A stretch of DNA of 53,741 nucleotides, the filler included, from Bipalium vagum (Eukaryota): the NCBI GenBank assembly GCA_037834085.1. It is 3 parts of 3 records of this genome, joined end to end, with 100 filler letters (N's around TTAATTAATTAA, not from the genome) between each part and the next. Parts side by side here need not be neighbours in the genome. Positions count along the whole stretch, not along the records: positions 32,916 to 53,741 come from JBBMKC010246225.1; 2 more parts are not named here. One strand, given 5' to 3'. The notes below the pieces were generated by a model. It ran no database searches. It was not told where the DNA came from and was given only the letters and a program-made list of their open reading frames with translations. Made by a program: the position numbers and the translations under genes. Below, in pieces: positions 39,538 to 50,285 of the stretch. Within the stretch, counting starts at the first letter, position 1. Every line of letters begins with the position of its first letter.

Positions 39538-40600
39538 CAAAAGAAAGAGGGACAATTAAAAATCATTTTTAGAATCCTTATTAAAATATTATTTAAAACA
39601 AAAATTATCAAACCCAACAGTTACAAGAAGCTTTTTCTCTAAAGCTGGTGAGAAAGATACTTTTTTAAAAAGATTTTCTGATATTTTTAAAAAATTATTT
39701 CATTTAATGAGCTAAAAACAAATAAAAATAATTTTGTTTCATGACAACGCATCGGCAGACACTTCTAAGCCAGTTACACGCATAACATATGAGGTACTCA
39801 ACCGCCACCTAAATGTATGTGTATCTTTTCAATCGAAACACCTAGATCGTCAAAATACATTTTCATGCACTTAATAAGGCCGGTGCGTCAATCCATCTTT
39901 TATAAGAGGTTGAAGGTGAAGATATAAATGAAGAAAATGCACAATAATGAAGGCAGATGATCATAACGTGGAAGGTTGAATTCCTGAGAAATTTTAACTA
40001 CTCTTATGAAATATATTCTGGTTGAATCTCATTGAGGATAATAGTCAATGTTCAAATCTAACATTGTTATTATCCTACCTTGAACTACCTCGTGATTGAC
40101 CATGTTACTCGGCAAAATGTTAGTTATGATGAATAAATATCCATAGACTCTATAGTCAGTTGTCAACACTGACCTATATCAGTGTTCCCTAAACCTGTAC
40201 ATGAATGTTACTTCAAAAATATATAAAATCTATAACAGAAACAATCAAAACCGTAGATGAAAATATCCGATACTAAATCAATTAAGCAAGACAACTTTTA
40301 TTAAGATGTGAAATAATGTTTCCTATTAAAAAAATCGTATATTATGTCCCCACCAATAAACAATGAAATAATAATAACTAAATTATAGACCACATTCAAA
40401 GTAGAGAGCATTCTTAGATCTTCATTATTTCAAGTTCAAATATGCTACCATAGTTTCTATGGCATTTTCAAACCCAAATGTTCGTTCAAAGAATATTTCC
40501 ATATTTCTGCAATTGACGAAAATAAAACTTTTCTGGGGGTTGAAATAACTTTTTAAATGATAAAATATGAAGGTTCCAAATGTACATGATGATCAATAAT

Positions 40601-41561
40601 TTACTTCGAAGATGTTGGATTTTTCAAAACCTTGTTATTAAAACGTTTCACTAAGTTCTTGATAACATCCTTGGAGTTCTTTATTATGTTTTGATCGAGG
40701 ATTATGTACAACATCTGAAAAGTATAATGGTATATAATTACGTTGTATACTAAGCCTGCTCACCGGTGATATGCCATATGATGCTCTTATGATAAGCCGT
40801 AGCCACATGGTCTTCCGCAACATCTTTCTATAATCTATCCAAAGAAATATGACACAAATGCAGTATAACAGCATACTCAGCCCATAACCCAGGCAGCCCA
40901 TGGTTCTCTTTAGTGCGTTGTTTCTTATAATCAAATTTGATCTTATCACCAAAAGTTTGACTATGATGGATATATAGAATAAAACGCTTATGATTATGGG
41001 AAAAAGAACGAGAAACAACATTTTAATTACTCTTACCAGAGAATTTATATATATGTCAGTACAGTCTCCTATAATTGGATTTAAAACATACCACATAAAA
41101 GTATTAATACCACAAACGAAAAATAGAAATCCTGGAACGAAGGATATGCTTATGATGAGTATTGTAACTATTCTCATGTTGGAAATTAGATAATATTTTG
41201 AGGGAAACACAACCGTCCAGGCTCGATATCCAGCTGCTATCATCTTATTCATATTGGAAATTGATATACCCATGTTAAAAATTATCCCTTCAATCATGCA
41301 ACCAATATCGTTTCCCAACGTCTGATTCTTGTAGATTTTAAAGTAAGCCTGTGTTGCCTCAATTGGGATGCAAATTCCGTTAGTTATAAGTTCGGCAATG
41401 ATTATGGAAAGGATTATTCTATAAAATGGAGATTTCCATAAGGATTTAGATAGAATTATTACTGAACCACACCACAAATTTCCAAAAACTCCTAAAAAGG
41501 AGGACACTAGACTTAAGGAATACCAAGTTAAGATATCTTCGTAAAACCTGTTTCCCGTCAT
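40601..41561 (-). CDS. Divergent rhodopsin-like (class A) orphan GPCR, paralog A, about 303 aa
   Basis: Seven hydrophobic segments. TM1 GN, TM3 Cys plus ECL2 Cys (GDC), DRY-position AGYRAW..FP. Exon 41561-40764, 49-nt intron 40763-40715 (GTGAGC..CAG), exon 40714-40601. Splicing yields SPMLY (NPxxY equivalent). The start is uncertain: the TTG at 41603 aligns to the ATG of the paralogs, and the first in-frame ATG is at 41561. Confidence 0.82.
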
Positions 41562-44042
41562 AATAATTGTCAGGGGAATCAACGGTTTTTTAAAAGGAGC
41601 CAAGCTCGAAGATGATTGGTTTGCAGAAATAGCTGATTATTATTATTCAATATTATTTTTTATAATGAATATTTATTGTCAATGTGATTGTAAAAACCTT
41701 GATTTATGAGTGCAGATATTTAAAGAATCTTAATAGAAATCAGTTTAAATATTCACACTTAGTACACCATGGAATGACATGAGATAATCAATGATAATAA
41801 TTGCATTTAGAACAAAAAATTCAAATTCAAAACATTTTAAAGCGTTTATTCTAAAAAATTTAAGAACGTCAAGAACAAAAAAGAATTTATCTTTTCAAAC
41901 TAGACTTCATTTCAGGAGTCGCCAAAAAGAAGCTTAACTGACGACACAAAGGTTAATGAAGATAGACGGAGCTCCAATGGATTCATAGACGACAAAGCTA
42001 CGGAAGAGGAACCCACAACTAAGCAGATCCACGAGGTAAATAATAAACATACGAATGTCTGGGCTATGCTTGAAATTCCCCACCAAAGGGTTATCGCTGA
42101 GCAACCGTTAGGGCTCAGTTGATAACTCGTGAGTTTCAGCGACAAAGAAACTGTAAGGTTTTTCTTTTTTTTTATTTTATCGTATTATTTTTTCAACATT
42201 TTGTTAGTAAGTAATATTTCTTTAACATTTTGAATAACATTTATTGAGTAACTTTTGATCATCATTTGATTTAAAAACCTTATATTCGATTGAGCAATAC
42301 TTAAATTATTTCTGTGTGTGTTGTCATCAGAAAGTGTAAGATTTGTGGAACATTTCAGACATTTTATTGTGATCCAAAGATAACTCTTTGAATTTCAGTG
42401 TATTGAATTTTATTTTGGTGTGGTATAAATACAAGTGTTACTTTACTAATTGTTTTGATTTGCACCACCTAAGATTTTGGAGTCAGGTTAAATTTGATAC
42501 CCTAAATATTGAACAGAATTTATTTTGTAATGATCTTTTGAATGATTCGAAAATATTGTAAATATATGTATAAATTATTACTGAGAAGTCCTGAAATTAT
42601 AAATTATTAAATATAAATTAAATAAAAATAAAAATAATAAAAATATATAATATTTCTAATTTTAGAAAAGACAGTAAAAATGATTACTAAAAAAAATTAG
42701 CAATTTCTAATTGAATAAATAATAAAAAATTAAGTATAAAAAAATTAAAATAAGTAAGTTAATATTACTAAAAATAATTATAAAAAAGAATAATTTAATA
42801 TAAATTAGTGGATCTGCAATGAAAAAAGGAGAAAAAATAGTATAACATAAAAAAGCTGTTAGTTTTATCAAGCAATACAGAAATAAACATCAACAACCGG
42901 ATTCCAGCATTATTCTCATATCAAACAATTAGACAACTAATCAGATTCACAGACTGAAAAGGAAACTATAAGTAGTATAAAACCAGTGAATAACTCAAGA
43001 GAAAAAAGAAAGAAAAAATGGACAGAAAACGCAGATCAGAAACAACATAGAAAAATTTAATCAGCAGAAACAATTTGATATCCAACAGTAGAGTACACAG
43101 AAAAGGTAATCAACAATACAACCCGACATCCAAGATAATCAGTTACAGAAGAAATTCGAATCTCAACATAGTCAAAGTACGACGGAAAACAAATTAACTA
43201 ACCGAACTGCCAATGATTCAAAAGGTATATTTCGATCCAGAAATATCGCCATTCTCTGCAACAACTATATTAATTTTGAGTAATTATATTTTATTTTAAT
43301 CTTAAAAACAATTTCAATTTGATTTTTAAATTGACTATTGTTTTACTCTTTCAAATTTTATACGGAATAAAACAATTGGATAGATCCCCAATTGTTATTA
43401 CAACATCAAAATAATTTTTTATTGTTTTTCTTGGATAATCTTTTTGCTTTCTGTACGTCTAGTAGGACGGAGAAGCGCTTGTTTATATTGAGAACTCTTT
43501 AAGTTAGAATTTGAATATCAATTACATAATTGAAACTAAAGTATTTATGAAATTCAATTTGATTTTTCATCAACGAGTAATAATAGAGAATTATACAGTA
43601 GTTTAGTTTTTGTTTTAATATCTTATTTAATTGGGTAACTATGGTTACCAAGTGAAATTTAAATTTTTATTAAGATTTTTGTTTTTCTTTTCGTAATAAC
43701 TTTTTCATATTAATTTAATTTGAAAAAAATTTATATTCGTATTAAAATGCTTACCATCTTACAGATAAGATATTTTAAATTCATTTATGGAACGGGAACA
43801 TATTATATTTTTACCCTATATGACTACAAGTCTAACCATATTAGCCAATGCAATATTCTTAAGATAATTATATCTGAAAATCAGGATAAATAATGGAGCT
43901 AAAATTATTGAGATCATTTTATTTTTTAATACTTAAAAAACTTTGAAATATTTTTCACATAATTAGATGATTGTTCACATTTGTTAAGGTATTTAAACAA
44001 AGTCAATATTTATCATCAAATTTTAGATCACATTAATGTTTT

Positions 44043-44156
44043 TGTGACATAAATGAAAATTATTCGGGAGATGTAGCTCAGCGATCAGAGCAGTCCATGC
44101 GCATGTGAAAATCCCGGGTTCGAATCCTGGTATCTTCGATTAATTTTCAACTAACA
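44043..44156 (+). mobile_element. 114-bp TG..CA element containing a tRNA-Ala-like core (core 44067-44138), copy 2
   Basis: Same flanks and length as copy 1. A box TAGCTCAGCG, intact B box GGTTCGAATCC, and mismatches in the acceptor stem. Confidence 0.7.
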
Positions 44157-45719
44157 TTTTTAAAGAAGCTTAACAAAAGCATGGAAAATTTTAAACCATT
44201 TTTATTTTAATGCAGAGGCTTTGATAAAATTATAATATGAAAAATATTAATTTAAAATTTAATTAAAATTATTTTATTTAAAAATTTTGTTTATAACATA
44301 ATGAACGCTTTCAAATTACTATAAAATTTTTTCGGAATATTTACGTCGTAAACTTTACTAATTCCTTCACTTATGTCAAAACGTGTTCGCAAATGAATTA
44401 ATCAAAACAACTACGAATAAAATTTTTTTTCAATTATCACAATCTTAAACGTTAAATGTCTCAATGCTCAATCTAAAATGAAGAATAATAACAATCAATC
44501 AATAAAATAATCAATTTAATCAAAATTTCAATAAGATTTTCAATTTATAAAATAAAGTTAGTTTAAAAGTGAAAGAAAAAAACAATGTTATTAATTATCC
44601 CTGGTCCCGTAGACAACAGGTCCAAAGGGTCGTTTGCTGATCTCGATCCGGTTCAGTCAAAAACGCCCTCGCAGCAAAGGACATATCGTTAGCTCCTGTC
44701 GCTCAAATGAAGGCATAAAGAATTGTTTACTAGGTAAAATTATCTCCTGACCTAACTTCTCGGTATTATCTTTTAACATAAATTCTGCAAAGATTTTCGT
44801 GGTAATCTACTATGAATACAAATTCCTTTCATACTATTCTTGTCAGACTACTAATCAATCGTAGGCCAGTATTATTAATTATCAATTCTCTTTTAAGTCC
44901 AAATTGGACCTTCCTTGTGGACTCTGATCAAATCTTCGTAATTCGGCTTCTACGTTGTCAAGATAATAACTTTTTTTGAGAATGATAATTTACTATTTTA
45001 TTATTAATATTATTATAATCAAAGTTTTTTCTTTTTAATTAATTATAATTATTTTATTATTATTATTATTATTATTTTATTTCCGACCCTTTCCGGTCTT
45101 TATCAAATAAGTTTTTATAAAAGGTTAAAAAGGAATGTGCCCATGACTAACCCAGCACATTTATTAAATTCCGCCTTGTTATTCAGTTAATAATTTTAAT
45201 GATGTGCGAAATTTTGTTTTATTATTTTTATTGATATTAATATAGAACTCCCATGGATTGATTATATTTGATTGAATATTTCGTATTTGTGAAGACATTG
45301 ATAAATTTTTAAGTCTTATACTTGTAGATTATAAACTCATATATGTTAATACGACGACCACTGTTGCGTAGGATGGTTAGTTTGTAATATATTTTGAGAG
45401 AAATTGTAATAATATCCATCCAAACTAAAAAAAGTACACTTAAAAAAATGAAAGGAGGAAAATTTTATTCGAAAACTTTTAATGATTTAAAATTCATTAT
45501 GAATCAAAAACGGTATTCTTTACAAATGTTTTTTGCAATTAAAATATTTTTATAATTTTGTCTTCTATTATTTCATTGTTAAAAAGTAACAAAGGAAACA
45601 AGTGGGCACAGTTTGGATCTGTGAAAGACGTTATTAGGACATCAATTAAATAAATGAATAGAAAATTATCTAAGTTGTCTTAGTACACAACAAGCCAAAT
45701 CAATCTTATATTATTAGGA

Positions 45720-46230
45720 GAGCCTTTTTCTTAGGTTTTGCTTTGAAGGGCTGTCGATGATCGAAAATTGTTCTTCGTTTAGAATATTCGAAAGAAATCC
45801 ATTTTCGCCAATCGTTATTATTCGGTGCAGGAAACTTTTACTTTCATGTGGAAAGAAGCAAAATTTCACTTGTGACTTTACGTTTTTCTGTCTTTCACTT
45901 TGAATTCGTGTGTTATCTAACTTCCTATTTCGTATATCTTTTTCATGGCTTTTATACGTCGGATAATTGAAGATTGAGAAGTATTAATTGATTTAACAAG
46001 ATACGTTTAAGCTTCAGCCTTTCAAGACTTCTTCAAACACTTTCTTTTTACCTGGGCGATATTTATCTTCTATCATATATACGCTCTATCGGAAACGTGC
46101 AAACCATCTTTTGACAGCGGATTTTCCTAGAGTATTGTTTCTTCATGCCGAAACATGAATTTTATGACTTTCTGCTACAGACTCTTTATAAAAAAATAAA
46201 ACTAAGATGAAGTTAGAGATATCAGAAAAT
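45720..46230 (-). mobile_element. Mariner (Mos1-like) N-terminal transposase remnant
   Basis: Minus strand: KESVAESHKIHVSA..NNTLGKSAVKRWFARFR (Mos1-type HTH) and SFLHRIIT. Confidence 0.68.
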
Positions 46231-46394
46231 GTTTTTATAGATTACTTTTGACCGGTAGGTACTTTTAACCAGTTTCACCAACCAGCTATATTTACAGCTT
46301 CAGATTTCTATCTACATGTACTTGCTGAGCAGAAATCCAAAAATTATGATGATTACAAAAAATAGATATTTGAATGGTTCGTTACAAAATCAAG

Positions 46395-46530
46395 AGAATT
46401 TTGTTCCATATCCATAATGTCTTGTTGAAACCTCTCTCCCTGGTCTTCATTATAATCACCAAGATTGTTCGGGAAATGTTTTTTTCCATCTTGTAGTCCA
46501 GAAAAATAGAGATTAACTTAAAATCACTAT
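46395..46530 (-). mobile_element. Fragment of a CMC/Chapaev3-like transposase
   Basis: HFPNNLGDYNEDQGERFQQDIMDME matches the FP.NLG..SDEQGERFHQDI..ME motif. The family assignment is from recall. Confidence 0.5.
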
Positions 46531-46722
46531 ATTAATCAATTGTGATTGTTATACTTTAGGACTTCCAAAATATATTTAATTTTTGCATAATTTGTCTTCA
46601 ACCTGTGTGTAAGAAACAGGTATAGAACCTAATCCATTTCAATTATGCGACAACACAGCTTTCAAAGACTCTTTGAAATTTCAATAAAAAGTATCCGATT
46701 TTCAATCCTATAATTTTAGCCA

Positions 46723-48192
46723 AGTTAGACTAAATTTGTTTGTTTGAATATTAAATAAACAGTTTTGAAATCCAAGTTGCTATGACGCAATTAAAAGAAG
46801 ATTTAACTGGCGAACACGCAAAAATGTTAATTTCATCACAAGACAACAAGAAAAAAAGAATCTATTAAATGCTTTGTCAAAAAAGGCACAAGAATTGTCA
46901 TTCAAAATCCGCAAATTCAATAGGCGAGGCACCCAGGAGACTGAGAAATGGTTGAAAGAAATCGAAGAGTGGTTGCACATCAATGAACTTTGCTTGATTG
47001 ATGTTTTTGACCTGCTATTGACGGATGAAGCCGCTATTTTATGGAAACATTTTAAATCGAAAGATGCGACAGAACCAGGTTCTAAGCAATAGATTTTAGA
47101 TATACTTACCGTCAAGAAATCTTTTACACACCTCATTATGGAGTTGGAAGAAGATGAAAGATTCCAAACTTCGAGATTAAAATACGAGAACTACTGAAGT
47201 GTCTTAGATTCGCGTTTCACAAGAGATAAAATGATCAATGATTTCTTAACAAAAAGAACTAGAGCCAAATATTGATAAAACAGAAATCAGAAGCTTGGCA
47301 AAGCTATACGAAGCCAAGGAACAACAAGAAGAGTGTTGCCAAGTAAATTCTTATAGCAAATAAAATTATGCTGAAGCCACGAGAAAAGAATTTTACGATA
47401 AACAACCTTACAAGTGTAAAATTTCGAAGAATAAATAATATAGCAACTGTGTTGATACAAGAAAAATGTATGAGCCCACAATACACTACTAAATTGGCGG
47501 AAGCACGGGCAGAGCAGATACTCCGATTGTAAATTATAACACAGGGACGTCTGAAACATGTAGCGAAATGTTTATACAGCAAACAAAAGAGTTTACAATA
47601 TCTATATGGTAAGCGATTTGTAGTCTGAACGAACCATAAGACCTTATGAATGACACAAAAGAACATATGAGTCCCCAATTACAGACGTGGCTGTTGAATT
47701 TAGCAAAATTCAGTTTTGACAGATAGAAGACGCAATTTTGAGAGCGCTTGGATGCCGCATTGATGCTACCCAAAGCTCAACATAAGTCTCACAGCTTGAA
47801 ATTGTCTATGGTCGCAAAATTAATATCCATTCGATATTGGTTTAGGTTATCGTGGTTGAGACGGATATTACAAAGAAAGCGAAAGTAAATTTGGATACAG
47901 CTGCAGACACAATGGGTCAATTCGAAAGGACAAAACGCGGGAAAAAATTTTTCTCGATTGGAGATTCAGTGTTTGTCAGGGTACAACCATACAAGGGAAG
48001 AAAAATGATTTTCAATATGAAGGGCACTACGAAATTTTGCGTTACTTGTCTCCTCCTCCAGTGCAACTAAAAGGTCCAGATGGCATCAAGCAGAGAAGAA
48101 TTTAACAACTGAAGAGATGATCGTTTTCTTGTCCTAAGGACAGTTAGACTAAATTTGTTTGTTTGAATATTAAATAAATAGTTTTGAAATCC
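46723..48192 (+). mobile_element. Internally deleted Ty3/gypsy LTR retrotransposon remnant
   Basis: 51-bp direct repeats at 46723-46773 and 48142-48192 (one mismatch). PBS-like TGGCG at about 46808. gag-like FKIRKF..ETEKWLKEIEEW..LLTDEAAILW. Integrase C-terminal-like EIVYGRKI and FSIGDSVFVR. No RT motifs seen. Confidence 0.7.
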
Positions 48193-48317
48193 TATTGTTT
48201 TAATAAAAAAATCATAGAAAACACAATTGCCTATTTGCAAAATTTGTGGAAACTTTATAGACAACAGATATTTATTATTATTTTTTTTTATTTTTATTAT
48301 TATTATTATTTCAATCA

Positions 48318-48730
48318 AGATCAGCTGTTTTTGTACCAAATTATTTTTCATTTCAATGGAAAAAGAATATCTGGGCGTAAAGAAAACATGAAATTAATTG
48401 ATTCATAAAATCCAGTATCCCTTGGATTGTTTTCGACCGTCCTCCAAACATTATCAAATGACACTAAAACAAATACTCCTTGATATATTTACCAAAATTA
48501 TTTTACTTTTTTCAGTCGAAGGAATATGCAAAAATTTATAGAATAAACAATTTGGCACTATATGCTTATGGAAACCATGGTAATCCTTTGGGAAATGAAA
48601 TGTCTATTAAGACATATTACCTATATATGCATCATTTGATTCCTCATTGCTATTTCACAGCCAAAGTAACGCTTAATTAATTAATCCTATTTCTCCAAAT
48701 CCATAATTTTCGTTACATTGTCCAAAAATC
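48318..48730. repeat. Diverged repeat, inverted relative to the copy at 52839-53292
   Basis: Best block 48407-48461 (CAGTATCCCTTGGATTGTTTTCGACCGTC..) matches the reverse complement of about 53153-53207. Colinear similarity extends about 400 bp. Confidence 0.78.
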
Positions 48731-49270
48731 ATCAAATTATTCTTTTTTGAAAGAAGTCATTTTTAATGATTGAAAATACTTTGATTGATTTTAATGTGTC
48801 AATTTGTCATAAATAAAATAATAAACGTTGTTTAAAATGTCTAAAATTAATGCACCTTCCTAATGATTCATTGGTTGAAATAATCATAATTAATTAAATA
48901 ATAACAGGTGAACTGTAAAATGGCAATGGCCTTTTTATAAAAGCCCATCTTATTTCTATTATTGAACCACCTCTCTTCCGCTCACCCGACTTTTTTGGAT
49001 AATAACAATTTCATGGAAATTAAATCATTTCCTTTCCAGTAAAAAATGTTATCCAAAACTTTTTTCCGCGTTGCGACTTCTTTAATATATAATGAACAAC
49101 TCAAAAAAATTCCAGACTGAAATAAAACATGAAATCAATTTTAAAAGTTCTAGGTTTGATGTCCTTTGCAATGGTAAGGACTATGGGAATGATTGTCAAC
49201 TATTAATAATTTTTGAAAATTTCCTGACTAAGAGAAAGAAGGAATTACTACGAGCCAATCATCGTCGAAA

Positions 49271-50285
49271 ATGCCTCCTCTTCTAAGACTGATGCCCTCT
49301 CTGTCATTTATTATGCCATCGGAAAAAGTTTTCGAAGATATTCTCACTTGGTATCCGTTAAGCATTGTACTGTGCTTCTCAAGCGTTTTTGGAAATATGT
49401 GGTGTGGAGCAATAATCGTTCTATCATCATCCTTATGGAAGTCTCCCTTTTATAGAATAATCCTTGGAATAATCATTCCTGATCTTATAACTAATTCCAT
49501 TTGCGTCCCATTTGAAGCAACACAAAACTACCTGAAACTTTACAAGAATCAAACGATGGGGAACGATGTTGGATGCACGGTTGAAGGGACAATTTATAGT
49601 GTGGTTGTATCTATGTCCAATATGAATAAGATGATAGCAGCTGGATATCGAGCATGGGGCGTTGTATTTCCCTCAAAATATCACTTAGTTTCCAACATGA
49701 GAATAGTTACCATCTTGATATTAGGCATATCTTTTGCACCGGGGTTTACTTTCTTCGTTTGTAGTGTAAACACTCTTGTCTGGTATATTGTGGATCCAAT
49801 CTTAGGCGACTGTACTGATACAGTCCCTAATTTTATGTTGAATATTTTTATAAATTTTCTTCTTTATTTTATTCCATTAATTCTAAGTTTTTTATCCTAT
49901 ATGTCCATTATAATCAAATTTCTAATGATAAGATCCGATTTGAATATGAGAAAAAACATAATAAAGAAAGCTAGGGGTACTTTTGGTTTAGGATTAAGTA
50001 TGTTGATTTACTGTGTTTGTCATATATTTCACTTGATGATCAACGAGTCACAAGAAAATAGGAAGAATTTTAGTAATTTCTTATGGCTTAAGTTTTTTAC
50101 CAGAGCATCCTTTGGCATAGGGCCGGTAAGTAAGTTACTAATTTATTGTAATGATATGAAATAATTCTTTTTAGTTGCTATATTTAACGCTCGACAAAAG
50201 GATTCTTAATAACTCTAAAGATTTTATCAAAAATTCAACCAAACGTTTAAACATCAAAATTTCGGAAAGTCCCACCTTCAACTGA
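49271..50285 (+). CDS. Divergent rhodopsin-like (class A) orphan GPCR, paralog C, about 321 aa
   Basis: Clear paralog of A (shared EDILTWY, LWKSPFYRIIL, SNMNKMIAAGYRAW, PI(I/L)GDCTD). Exon 49271-50125, 49-nt intron 50126-50174 (GTAAGT..TAG), exon 50175-50285, giving GPLLYLTLDKRI. A possible upstream coding exon lies at 49092-49173. Confidence 0.85.

Noticed and set aside
42860-43270. A-rich, LINE-like stretch
   Set aside because: No recognisable RT or endonuclease motif could be read.
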